Below are positions 19,925 to 28,958 of a stretch of 64,000 bases of DNA, one piece after another. Source of the stretch: Candidatus Moranbacteria bacterium GW2011_GWC2_40_12 (GTDB lineage: Bacteria > Patescibacteriota > Minisyncoccia > Moranbacterales > UBA11712); the NCBI GenBank assembly GCA_000995965.1, contig LBYD01000001.1:140923-204922 (forward strand), given 5' to 3'. Each line of letters opens with the position of its first letter. Positions within the stretch are counted from its first letter, which is position 1. The translations under genes and the position numbers were made by a program. The notes under the pieces were generated by a model. It saw only the letters and a program-made list of their open reading frames with translations, was not told where the DNA came from and did no database searches.

Positions 19925-20216
19925 GACAATAATAAAAGGCAGTCGGATGACCGCCTATATGCTTGACGGGAGTTGAACTTCTTTTAAGATATATCGAGCT
20001 TCACTTGGAAAGGCGGAAATGGCTGCCCCGACACAAAACCAGAGCGTGACCTTGATGTAACCCAACGTAGTGTTGGTATAACCCTTGCTCCTCGTTGCGG
20101 AGAAATTTTTTAAGAAAATAATTGCAGTTTGCGACAAAATGTGAAATTTGCATGTTGTTAGAAACATACTCACTACAATTAGTTGTAGTGATAATAATCG
20201 AAATTACCGGCTTAAA

Positions 20217-20810
20217 TTATTTCAAAATCTCCTTCGACTGCTTTTTTTTGTATAGACTTATTCCGAAGAAAAGAATCACTGCGGCGGCAAAAATAATATA
20301 TCCCGCGTATTTGATGTATTCGCTGATTTTTTCGGCCGCGTAGCCGAAAAAATAACCGATGATGACTAATAAAGAACTCCAAACAAGTCCGCCGAGAATT
20401 GAAAATTTGACGAATTTTGAAAGCCGCATTTTGAGCGTTCCAGCCGTGATGAAGGTGATATAGCTCAAGCCAGTCGTGGATTTCACATAGAAAATTATTC
20501 TTCCGCTGTTTTCATTGAATTGTTTCCGCAGTTTTTGGCTGGTTGATTGGCTGATTTTCAAAAAACTTTCAACTCTTGGGAGAATCTTTTGTCCGCCGAA
20601 ATATCCAATAGAGTAGAGCACGATGTCGCCGAGGACGTCGCCTGCCGCACTTAAACCAAAAACCACAAAGATATTGAAATACCCAAGTGAAGACAAAAAA
20701 GCCGCGACTATGGTCACTATCGGTCCCTCGAGAGTCATGAGAAGCAACATGGTTGGATATCCCCAAAGAGACAAAATATGAATCAGTTCCTGGGAAGGAT
20801 GCTGGAACAT
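20217..20810 (-). CDS. DedA/VTT family membrane protein
   Basis: LEGP, GDVLGDIVLYSIG, AG..KM...F, GYFFG. Confidence 0.85.
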   Translation of the reverse strand: MFQHPSQELIHILSLWGYPTMLLLMTLEGPIVTIVAAFLSSLGYFNIFVVFGLSAAGDVLGDIVLYSIGYFGGQKILPRVESFLKISQSTSQKLRKQFNENSGRIIFYVKSTTGLSYITFITAGTLKMRLSKFVKFSILGGLVWSSLLVIIGYFFGYAAEKISEYIKYAGYIIFAAAVILFFGISLYKKKQSKEILK

Positions 20811-20819
20811 GGCATTTTT

Positions 20820-20908
20820 TACGAATTACGAATACGCTTCGCTCTACGAATATACTAATTACGAATTCTTTGCATTCGTAAATTCGTAAGGGATTCGTAA
20901 TTCGTAAT
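20820..20908. repeat. Degenerate heptamer inverted-repeat array (TACGAAT / ATTCGTA)
   Basis: About 4 TACGAAT units followed by about 4 ATTCGTA units. Confidence 0.75.
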
Positions 20909-20911
20909 ATG

Positions 20912-22330
20912 TTACAAGTTTTTTCTTTTCTTGAGCAGAACAAAAAAAGTCTTGAAAAGTATTTCAATATCCATCCAAAGAGACCAGTTTTCAATATAAT
21001 AAATATCGAGCCGCGCCTCGTCCGTGAAGCTCAAGTCTGATCGGCCGGATATTTGGGCGAGGCCCGTGATGCCTGGCTTCACGGACAGAGTTCTTTTTTG
21101 CCAGGTTTCGTATTTTTCGACTTCACGCGGCTGGTGAGGACGCGGTCCGACCAAACTCATATCGCCCTTGAAGACATTCCAAAGTTGGGGAAGCTCGTCA
21201 ATCGAAAACGCTTCGATAATTCTCCCAACGCGGGTTTTTCGGGGGTCGTTTTTGATTTTATAAAGCGGCCCTCGACGGACACTTTGTTTTTCGATAAGCT
21301 CGTTTTCGAGCTCCAATGCCTTTTTGAATTCGGGATTCTGCGCGCCGGTGCAATGCTCCATCTTCATATAACGAAATTTATATACATTAAAATATCCTTC
21401 GTGGCCAACTCGCTCGTTTTTGAAAATAATCGGGCCTCTGGAATCGAGCTTGATCGCGATTGCAGTGAGAATCGTGATGGGCAATGAAATTATAATCCCG
21501 AGCGCAGAACCGGCAATATCAAATATTCTTTTCGCTATTTTCCCCCATCCCTCCAAGGGAGTGTTTTTTATGACGATGAGAGGTTCCTCGAATAACACCC
21601 TGACTTCGAAATTTGTGCTGATGGATTGAAGAATGGCTGGAACAAATTTGAATTCAATTCTTTTTCTGTGGCAAAAGTCGCTGACATGCCGAAGGTCTCT
21701 CATTGTGAGATTGGGATCACAGATAAGGATTTCATCAATCCCCTTTGTTTTCTGGAGGATTCTCAGGGAATCGAGGTTGATATTTTTCTCCCTTGATATG
21801 ATCTTGTATCCGAAATCGGGCTTGTTCTTGAATTCATGGCAAATCGTATCGCAATAGCTTCCCTCCCCAATCAGCACCAGGCGATGGATGCCGATGCCCT
21901 TATAAACAAGTAGGAGCTTTTGGATGAAATTGATTACATATCGGGAAATTGTGATGAGGACGACCGCCAGAAACCATCCGGTAAGGATGACAAAACGAGA
22001 AGAAAACCATTCCCTTTGAAGAAATATCAAAAGGACAACAAGAGTGACTCCCACTGTTACTGAAAAAATAATTTGGAAGAATTCTTTCCAAAAAACACGT
22101 GTTGATTTGAGGGAATAAAGTCCTTCTAAGGCAAAAATCAACAGAAAAAACGGCGCTACAAAAAAAGCCACCTTCAAATAGGATTGAAAGGGGAAATCAA
22201 AGAGAACCGGTTTTATTTCGATTACACTAGGTGTAAAGCGAAACCAATATGCGAGAACAGCCGCCGCTATTATCATTATAAAATCAACCGGAACAAGGAG
22301 AATAGCAAAAAATAGTTCAGACTTCTTCAT
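20912..22330 (-). CDS. Polyprenyl-phosphate glycosylphosphotransferase (WcaJ/WbaP family priming sugar transferase)
   Basis: [47 protein letters not shown]. Confidence 0.93.
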   Translation of the reverse strand: MKKSELFFAILLVPVDFIMIIAAAVLAYWFRFTPSVIEIKPVLFDFPFQSYLKVAFFVAPFFLLIFALEGLYSLKSTRVFWKEFFQIIFSVTVGVTLVVLLIFLQREWFSSRFVILTGWFLAVVLITISRYVINFIQKLLLVYKGIGIHRLVLIGEGSYCDTICHEFKNKPDFGYKIISREKNINLDSLRILQKTKGIDEILICDPNLTMRDLRHVSDFCHRKRIEFKFVPAILQSISTNFEVRVLFEEPLIVIKNTPLEGWGKIAKRIFDIAGSALGIIISLPITILTAIAIKLDSRGPIIFKNERVGHEGYFNVYKFRYMKMEHCTGAQNPEFKKALELENELIEKQSVRRGPLYKIKNDPRKTRVGRIIEAFSIDELPQLWNVFKGDMSLVGPRPHQPREVEKYETWQKRTLSVKPGITGLAQISGRSDLSFTDEARLDIYYIENWSLWMDIEILFKTFFVLLKKRKNL

Positions 22331-22380
22331 GAAGTTCAATAGCAATTACAAATCTCCAGGAATCAAACATTGCAAATTGT

Positions 22381-23019
22381 TAGTTCGAGGCCTATAAGCC
22401 GGATTCTGTCTTATCCCTCGCCACTTTCACCAAAAATAATTGGTGTAACTTTCAGTAATTCGCGGGGAATAAAGTCACAAAAAGTGGTGAGGGATGAGAT
22501 AATCATTTATCTGGTCCCAATGTTGCCATTGGGATCGAGCGTCTCCTCCGACACAACGCCGGAGTTCAGACTTGCACCAGGCAGGGTTTGCCAAGCTTCG
22601 ATCGTCACCAATCGATTCCAATTGCAGCTGCCGTTCAGGCTTTCACTGGGGTCGGGTCCAAACTCGCCCAAGGAGGCGGTGCGACCCCTTCAAGCAAAAG
22701 CCTGAACAGACAACATCAATCGGCTTTTCACCTTTTTCCCGACTTTGGCGCCGGGATCGTATAGTCTCTGTGGCACTTTCCCTAAATACGTCTTTCAACG
22801 CCTCCGATGGGTGTTATCCATTGCCCATTTCCCGCTCAAATTTTTGATGATGTCCGTCCGCATTCCTTTTCAATCGCGCGGTCTGACATCTTGAAAACAA
22901 AAATTTGAGCGGGGGTGTCCGGACTTTCCTCCTGCCCAAGTTTTTAGATGCACTTCTTTCAATTTGCGCCATAGGTGCAAGCCCAAAAACTTGAGCGGGC
23001 GATTATCCGGCCTCGACTA
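22381..23019 (-). ncRNA. rnpB: RNase P RNA, unusually long (~640 nt)
   Basis: Minus strand carries GAGGAAAGUCCGGAC, GAAAGUGCCACAGA, GGUGAAA, GGCAAACCC..GGUGCAAG, AGAUAAAUGAUU and ACAGAAUCCGGCUUAU; P1 ends pair. Confidence 0.95.
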
Positions 23020-23028
23020 ACTTACTAT

Positions 23029-23055
23029 ATTATAGCATATTCAGACATTTGTCAA
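23029..23055 (-). promoter_or_regulatory. rnpB promoter
   Basis: TTGACA ... TGCTATAAT immediately upstream of the RNA 5' end. Confidence 0.7.
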
Positions 23056-23096
23056 TTTAAAGAAAACAAAAGAGGCTTTTATAAGCCTATTACACC

Positions 23097-23534
23097 CTAA
23101 AACATCCTGCTTTGAGCTCTTGTCGCTTCATCAAGCGCTAAATTAGCCAGCCTATCTGCTTCCGAATTTTTTGATCTCGGAATATGAAAATATTTTACTT
23201 CTTTGAATTCAATAGAAAGATTCCAGACCAAAAGAAAAAATTTTTGGATATTTTCTTCAAGCACTTTATATTCATGATTGAGCTGTTTCACGACCAGCTC
23301 GCTGTCCAAAAAACATTCGAGGGCCATTTTTTTGCTTTTGGACTTTCCGAAGATGAGCTTCACCTTTTGCAGGGCAAAAATGAGCGCCTTATACTCAGCT
23401 TCATTGTTGGTTGCATATCCGATAAATTCCCGATACGTTTTCCTGCTGCCACTTGTTTCAATGACAATGCCCACTGCCGAAGGCCCGGGATTGCCTCGCG
23501 CGGCGCCGTCAGAGAAAATTTTTATTTTGTTCAT
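23097..23534 (-). CDS. Ribonuclease HI family protein
   Basis: SDGAARGNPGP, TNNEAEY, DSELVVKQ, HIPR..NSEADRLAN. Confidence 0.92.
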   Translation of the reverse strand: MNKIKIFSDGAARGNPGPSAVGIVIETSGSRKTYREFIGYATNNEAEYKALIFALQKVKLIFGKSKSKKMALECFLDSELVVKQLNHEYKVLEENIQKFFLLVWNLSIEFKEVKYFHIPRSKNSEADRLANLALDEATRAQSRMF

Positions 23535-23542
23535 ATAAAATT

Positions 23543-25258
23543 TCAATTAATGCGGCTATCATTTCTGATATCGACAATATTCATTTCGATTTTGTGGTTT
23601 CCGTTCCATTCGTTTGACCGCAGGCTGCAAACAACGGAAACTTTGTTTCCCACCCGAAAATCAGGAAAAAGTTTTCCCCCTTTGAAAAATATCCCCTCAA
23701 AATATTTTTTTTCTGAATCATTGGAGCTAAAAACAAATTTCAAGTGCTTTTGCCCGTTTCCGACCTGACGAATATCCTGAATAATCAGTTCCCGCGCCAA
23801 GAAGACGGGTTCGCGGTTTCCTTCTCCAAAAGGCTCAAATCTTTTGATTTCGGAAATAATGTCCCAATCAACCTCTTGAGGCCTTATTTCAGCGTCAATT
23901 TGGATCCGCTTTCCCCAGGTATTTTCATCATAACTCTTTTCAATTATTTTCAGCAAATCTTTTTCGAATCGCGCCAGGTTCTTCGGCTTCACCTTGATTC
24001 CCATGGCTTGAGAATGCCCCCCGTACTTTTCGACCAGGCTGTCTAAACGTGAAACCGCTTCGATGAGATTGAAAACATCAATGCTTCTTCCCGAACCTTC
24101 GACAATCTCCTTGTTTTCGCGCAGAATAAACGTCGGGCAATGATATTCATCGGATATCTTTCCGGCCACGATTCCCAAAATTCCGAGCGGCCAATTTTTT
24201 CCTTTGCGAATTATCAATTTGTGGCAAACATCATCTTTCAAAGTGGACTTTATCTCATCGAAAATCACTTGTGTCATTTTCTGGCGTTCGCTGTTTTTTG
24301 CTTCAAGTTCAAGGGCGGCCACGCGGGCTTTGGCGGTGTCTTTTTCGAGAAGCAGCATAAGCGTGAGATCGGCGTGATCCATTCTCCCGGCGGCGTTGAA
24401 ACGGGGTCCAATTTGAAAAGCGATATTTTCTGCGCTCGGCGGATTTGCTTCACTGATATTCAGCCGGGCGGTTTTTATAATCTCCTGAATGCCGGTTCGT
24501 TTAGTTTTTTGGAGAACGACCAGGCCATATTTGGCAAAAATCCTATTCTCTTCAATCAGCGGAACGCAATCAGCGATCGTTCCGATTGCGACCAGATCCA
24601 AAAGCCATTTTAGCTGCCCAATTTTTTTCGGAATGAATTTTTCCCAGAGAGCCTGACAAAGTTTGAAGGTTACGCCAACTCCGGCTAAATCCTCAAACGG
24701 GTATTTTTGATCCGGCAGTTTCGGATTGATCAGAATACATCCTTTCGGGAGATGCCTTGGAAGGGAATGGTGGTCTACAACGACGATGTCCATTCCTTGC
24801 TTTCGGGCATATTTGATTTCCTCACTATTTGATATTCCGCAATCAACAGTGACAAGCAGCTTTGTTTCATATTCTTTTTTTATATAGTCGATAGCCGCTT
24901 CATTCAATCCGTAACCTTCCTTGTTGCGATCCGGAATGTATGTTGACGGAAAAATGCCAATTTCCTCCAAAGATTCCTTAAGAAGGACGGTTGAGGTTAT
25001 ACCATCAGCGTCATAGTCTCCGTAAACTGTCACAGTTTCTTTTTTATCCTTGGCTTTGCCGATTCTTTCCACCGCTTCGCCGATCCCCGAAAGATTATCC
25101 GGGCAATAAAGATCTTCATATCGGGCAGAAAGGAATTTTTCTATCTGCTCTTTAGAAAAAAAACCTCTCTGAAGAAGTAATCGGAGAGTAATTGGATTCA
25201 ATGGTTCGGATTTTAGTTCGTCCGGAATTTCCGGATTTTTTTTAAGAGACCACTTCAT
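23543..25258 (-). CDS. recJ: Single-stranded DNA exonuclease RecJ
   Basis: GDYDADG, TVDCG, DHH, GTIAD, PRFNAAGR, GGH, EPFGEGN. Confidence 0.96.
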   Translation of the reverse strand: MKWSLKKNPEIPDELKSEPLNPITLRLLLQRGFFSKEQIEKFLSARYEDLYCPDNLSGIGEAVERIGKAKDKKETVTVYGDYDADGITSTVLLKESLEEIGIFPSTYIPDRNKEGYGLNEAAIDYIKKEYETKLLVTVDCGISNSEEIKYARKQGMDIVVVDHHSLPRHLPKGCILINPKLPDQKYPFEDLAGVGVTFKLCQALWEKFIPKKIGQLKWLLDLVAIGTIADCVPLIEENRIFAKYGLVVLQKTKRTGIQEIIKTARLNISEANPPSAENIAFQIGPRFNAAGRMDHADLTLMLLLEKDTAKARVAALELEAKNSERQKMTQVIFDEIKSTLKDDVCHKLIIRKGKNWPLGILGIVAGKISDEYHCPTFILRENKEIVEGSGRSIDVFNLIEAVSRLDSLVEKYGGHSQAMGIKVKPKNLARFEKDLLKIIEKSYDENTWGKRIQIDAEIRPQEVDWDIISEIKRFEPFGEGNREPVFLARELIIQDIRQVGNGQKHLKFVFSSNDSEKKYFEGIFFKGGKLFPDFRVGNKVSVVCSLRSNEWNGNHKIEMNIVDIRNDSRIN

Positions 25259-25304
25259 GCCAATAAATTTATGTTTTGCGCACGCTTATTATTTTCTTTA
25301 TGTT

Positions 25305-25874
25305 TCATATAACTAAGTCGCACTTCGGACATTTCAAAACCGCGTCATATCCGCTGCCCTCTTGCTTTGGAATCACTTCCAGTATCATTTTTTGCTGACA
25401 GCTGGGACAGCTGAAATTTTTGCTTTCCAGGGTTTTGGCCAGTCTTGGCGCATCCCAGGCGTAGGGATCGAAACTCAACCGAAAACTCACGCCAGCCTTC
25501 ATCAGGCTTTTTATTTTTTCGACAATCTCATTGATTGATGATGATCCTTGCACAATAAACTCGCTTATGCCCAGCTCCTGGGATTTTACTCGGTCCTCTT
25601 CCCGTCCCAGATGCGAAAGAATGGCAACCGGGATGTTTTTCGTCTGGACGTTATCCTGAAGAGTTTTGATAAGTTGAAATCCATCCATACGAGGCATAAC
25701 AATGCCAGTTAATATAACATTTGGGATCTCCTTGGTGGCGAAATCAGCCCCTTCAATTCCGTCAACCGCAGTGAGGACATCAAACCCCTTTTGCTTGAAA
25801 ATCTGTGCATATGTTTCCCTGACAACATCGCTATCGTCGACTATAAGAATTTTTGGTTTTTTTTCTTCAGCCAT
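25305..25874 (-). CDS. Response regulator receiver with C-terminal zinc ribbon
   Basis: ILIVDD, MPRMDG; expected phosphoacceptor position reads ILTGIVMP; C-terminal CPSC...CPKC. Confidence 0.85.
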   Translation of the reverse strand: MAEEKKPKILIVDDSDVVRETYAQIFKQKGFDVLTAVDGIEGADFATKEIPNVILTGIVMPRMDGFQLIKTLQDNVQTKNIPVAILSHLGREEDRVKSQELGISEFIVQGSSSINEIVEKIKSLMKAGVSFRLSFDPYAWDAPRLAKTLESKNFSCPSCQQKMILEVIPKQEGSGYDAVLKCPKCDLVI

Positions 25875-25892
25875 ATTTTTCAAAGCTTATCT

Positions 25893-27968
25893 TTAGAGAT
25901 AAATTTTAGCGTCCAATATTTGGTAGCTTTTGCCATCATTATAAATCATCGCCGGATTAATATCAATCTGCGATATTTCAGGGTTTTCGACGGCGATGTC
26001 CTTGACAGCAGAGGCAATTTTCGCTATTTCTCCAAATTTGTACCCTTTCTCGCCTCGAAATCCCTTAAGAATAGGAAATATCCTCAAATTAAACATGCTT
26101 TCGATGACGTCTTTTTCAAAAAAAGGGGGGATGAGTATGACGCGGTCCTTGTCTATTTCCGTAAATGTTCCGCCGCTGCCGACAAGGACAACCGGTCCGA
26201 AGGTCGGGTCCCTTTTCATGCCGACTATTATTTCAAGACCGGATTCGGCCATCGGCTGAATAAGGAAATTTCCGGCGCCGGTGGTTTTTTTGATCTTGTT
26301 CCAGGCATTTTTCAGCTCCCGGCTATTTTTAATATCCAAGGCGACGGCTTTTTTCTCCCAGCGGTGGGCAATTTGAGGATCGTCTGTTTTTAGCACGCAG
26401 GGAAATTTCAGTTTTTTTAGACAAGCTTCTTTCAGGCTTTTCGCGCAAACGGACTTTGCCAAAGAAATGCCGTATTCCCGGAAAATATTTTCTGTCTCTT
26501 GCCAAAAAAGCATTTTTCTTTTTTCAGCAATAGCTTTTTTTATAATTTGGCTTCCTTTGGGTTTCGAGCGAGCGGATTGCTTCCCAGCCGTGGAAAAAAC
26601 AACCCTGCGGCAAGAATTTTGCCCCATTGCCTCCTGAAGCGCCATCAGCGCCCTTTCAGGACTTTCGAAATTTGGTATCTTTAGCCTCTCTAACTCTTGA
26701 AGGGCCGGCTTTATTTTTGTTCCGCCAACGAAGGAAGTAGACATCGAACCTATTTTTTTTCGATAACGTCCTAGTATTTTCGCGACCACAGTGGGATTTG
26801 ACTGGTTTTGCGGCGTAAGGAGAATAAGAAACGAATAATTTTTCAAATTTTGTGACAGAATTTCAAGAACCGCTTTATAGCGTTCTGGAGGCGCATCCCC
26901 TAGGATATCAATGGGATTTTCGGCAGAAGCACCAGGAGGAAGGACGCTTCGCAAGGATTTTTTCAGGTTTCTGGAAAATGACAGGAGTTTCAGTTTTTTG
27001 TCAGCGCCGACAAAGTCCGCCGAAAGAACGCCTAATCCGCCGGCATTTGTAATAATGATAATTTCATTGCTCTTCGGAATTTTGTTGAATTCAAGATATG
27101 AAATTATATCTTGAAATTCTTCTACCGAATGGGGCTGGATGATGCCATATTTTTCAAAAACCGCTTTAATGATGCTTTCATCCTGGGCGAGAGATCCCGT
27201 GTGCGATGTAATGGCTTTCTGTCCCGCTTTGCTTTTGCCGGCCTTTATGACCGCGATCGGTTTTTTGCAATTGAAACCGGCAATGGCGGAAACAAAATCC
27301 GCGCCGTTTTTTACATCCTCGAGATAAAGCGCAATTGCGTTTGTGTCCTTATCCCGAAAAAGATATCTCAATATATCGCTTTCGCCAAGAACTGCCTTAT
27401 TTCCGATGGAAATCGCTTTTGAAAAACCGGCTTTATTTTCCTCCGCCCAGTCAAGAAGAGCAACTTCGAGCGCTCCGGACTGCGAAACAACAGCTATTTT
27501 TCCTTCTTTGATCCTCGCATCGGTGAATGTCGCGTTCAAACTTTCCGAAGTGTTGATGAAACCCAGGCAATTGGGGCCGAGGATATTGAGCTTGTGCCTC
27601 ATGGCTATATTTTTCAACTCATCTTCAAATCTTTTCCCGCTTCTTCCCGTTTCTTTGAAGCCGGCGGAAATAACAACAAAATTTTCAATTTTTGGCTTCG
27701 ATATGGCGCCTTCTTCAAGAACCGCATTCACCCGCGGCGCCGGAATGGCGACCAGGACGAGGTCGACCGGTTTTTTTATCTCGTTCAAGCTCGCGAAGCA
27801 TCTTCTTGCCCCGATATTTTTGTGTTTTGGATTGACAAAATATAATTTTCCTCTCCATCCTCCGTCCAAAATATTGCGCGCCAAAATATTTCCCAATTTT
27901 TCATTTTTGGGGGAAGCGCCAACGATGGCGATGGATTTTGGATTAAAGAATAAATTGAGATCTTTCAT
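25893..27968 (-). CDS. ADP-forming acetate-CoA ligase (fused alpha/beta)
   Basis: PKSIAIVGAS, GPNCLG, SQSGA, SHTGSLA, TNAGG, NPIDILGDA, ATP-grasp DPTFGP. Confidence 0.92.
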   Translation of the reverse strand: MKDLNLFFNPKSIAIVGASPKNEKLGNILARNILDGGWRGKLYFVNPKHKNIGARRCFASLNEIKKPVDLVLVAIPAPRVNAVLEEGAISKPKIENFVVISAGFKETGRSGKRFEDELKNIAMRHKLNILGPNCLGFINTSESLNATFTDARIKEGKIAVVSQSGALEVALLDWAEENKAGFSKAISIGNKAVLGESDILRYLFRDKDTNAIALYLEDVKNGADFVSAIAGFNCKKPIAVIKAGKSKAGQKAITSHTGSLAQDESIIKAVFEKYGIIQPHSVEEFQDIISYLEFNKIPKSNEIIIITNAGGLGVLSADFVGADKKLKLLSFSRNLKKSLRSVLPPGASAENPIDILGDAPPERYKAVLEILSQNLKNYSFLILLTPQNQSNPTVVAKILGRYRKKIGSMSTSFVGGTKIKPALQELERLKIPNFESPERALMALQEAMGQNSCRRVVFSTAGKQSARSKPKGSQIIKKAIAEKRKMLFWQETENIFREYGISLAKSVCAKSLKEACLKKLKFPCVLKTDDPQIAHRWEKKAVALDIKNSRELKNAWNKIKKTTGAGNFLIQPMAESGLEIIVGMKRDPTFGPVVLVGSGGTFTEIDKDRVILIPPFFEKDVIESMFNLRIFPILKGFRGEKGYKFGEIAKIASAVKDIAVENPEISQIDINPAMIYNDGKSYQILDAKIYL

Positions 27969-28834
27969 TTTGCTAGTAATCCTTTTGTCGTTCCAACATA
28001 GCGCACGACATTAGCGCTGTTCAGGATTCCCATTTTCAAGCTTTTTTCAATTGAAGCGCCTCGAATATACATTCCCAAAAATCCACTCGCGAAAGCGTCC
28101 CCGGCGCCGGTGACATCAACAGTTTTAACTTTTTTTATCGGCGAATAGAATATTTTCTGGCCGTCGGAGCAGTAAGCGCCTTTTCTTCCGTCCGTGAGGC
28201 AAATGATTTTGGGGCCGAAGCCGTGTAAGTATTTGAATACGTATTTAACCGAATAATTGTTTTCTGGCGATCCGTCTGTCAATTTTGACATAATTTCAAC
28301 CGCTTCGTTGCGGTTCAGAAAAATAATTTCTGCGTTTTTCAATATTCTTATCAAATTTTTATACCCGTCTCGAATCATACTTGTGCTTGGAGCGACAATC
28401 AGCTTCGCGTTATTTTTCTTTATATAAGCCAGAATTTCGTTTGCCTGCCCGCTCCAGTTTCCGGTGAGCGAAGAAACGGAGAGATATTTTGTTTTTTTGT
28501 TTCGAAGCGGCTTGAGATTCACATCGCCTGATGATTTTTGGTAGAATATCACCCGTTCACCCGTTTTTTTGTCGACTATAATCACAGAGGTGGCCGGTTT
28601 GGCCGGCCCCAGCGGAAAAGAATTCAAGCCCAGCTTTTTTGTTCCCAGCGACAAATTTGTCGCCACTCCGCCGCCGCTTTCCACAATTTTTTGAACAGAT
28701 ATTTTTTCTCCCAATTCAAAGCCGAGCCATTCGGGAGCAAGCTTATCTTTGGGAGTCTTGAAAATTTTCCCCCGGTCAGTGAGAAGAAAGAAATCTTGGG
28801 TGATTGAACCGATAGAGATTAAATCGTATATCAT
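27965..28834 (-). CDS. PfkB family carbohydrate kinase
   Basis: GGGVATN, DVTGAGDAFASG. Confidence 0.9.
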   Translation of the reverse strand: MIYDLISIGSITQDFFLLTDRGKIFKTPKDKLAPEWLGFELGEKISVQKIVESGGGVATNLSLGTKKLGLNSFPLGPAKPATSVIIVDKKTGERVIFYQKSSGDVNLKPLRNKKTKYLSVSSLTGNWSGQANEILAYIKKNNAKLIVAPSTSMIRDGYKNLIRILKNAEIIFLNRNEAVEIMSKLTDGSPENNYSVKYVFKYLHGFGPKIICLTDGRKGAYCSDGQKIFYSPIKKVKTVDVTGAGDAFASGFLGMYIRGASIEKSLKMGILNSANVVRYVGTTKGLLAK

Positions 28835-28840
28835 ATGATA

Positions 28841-28945
28841 TGTAACTGGTAATTTGTAACTGGTAATTTGGATTTCTTATCCGATTTACGGCGTGCCTGC
28901 CCGCCGGCGGGCGCGGCGCGCGAAATTACAAATCACGATTCACGC
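28841..28945. repeat. 14-bp tandem repeat (TGTAACTGGTAATT x2) plus GC-rich palindrome GCCCGCCGGCGGGC
   Basis: Seen directly in the intergenic space between gpmI and pfkB. Confidence 0.7.
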
Positions 28946-28958
28946 TAATATTTTTTTA

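Noticed and set aside
22370-22847. Plus-strand ORFs 22370-22705 and 22572-22847
   Set aside because: They overlap the RNase P RNA gene, which explains the region
22831-22999. ATTGAAA(A)G in the rnpB inserts resembling CRISPR repeat 3' ends
   Set aside because: Only short motifs within hairpins; no regularly spaced identical repeats
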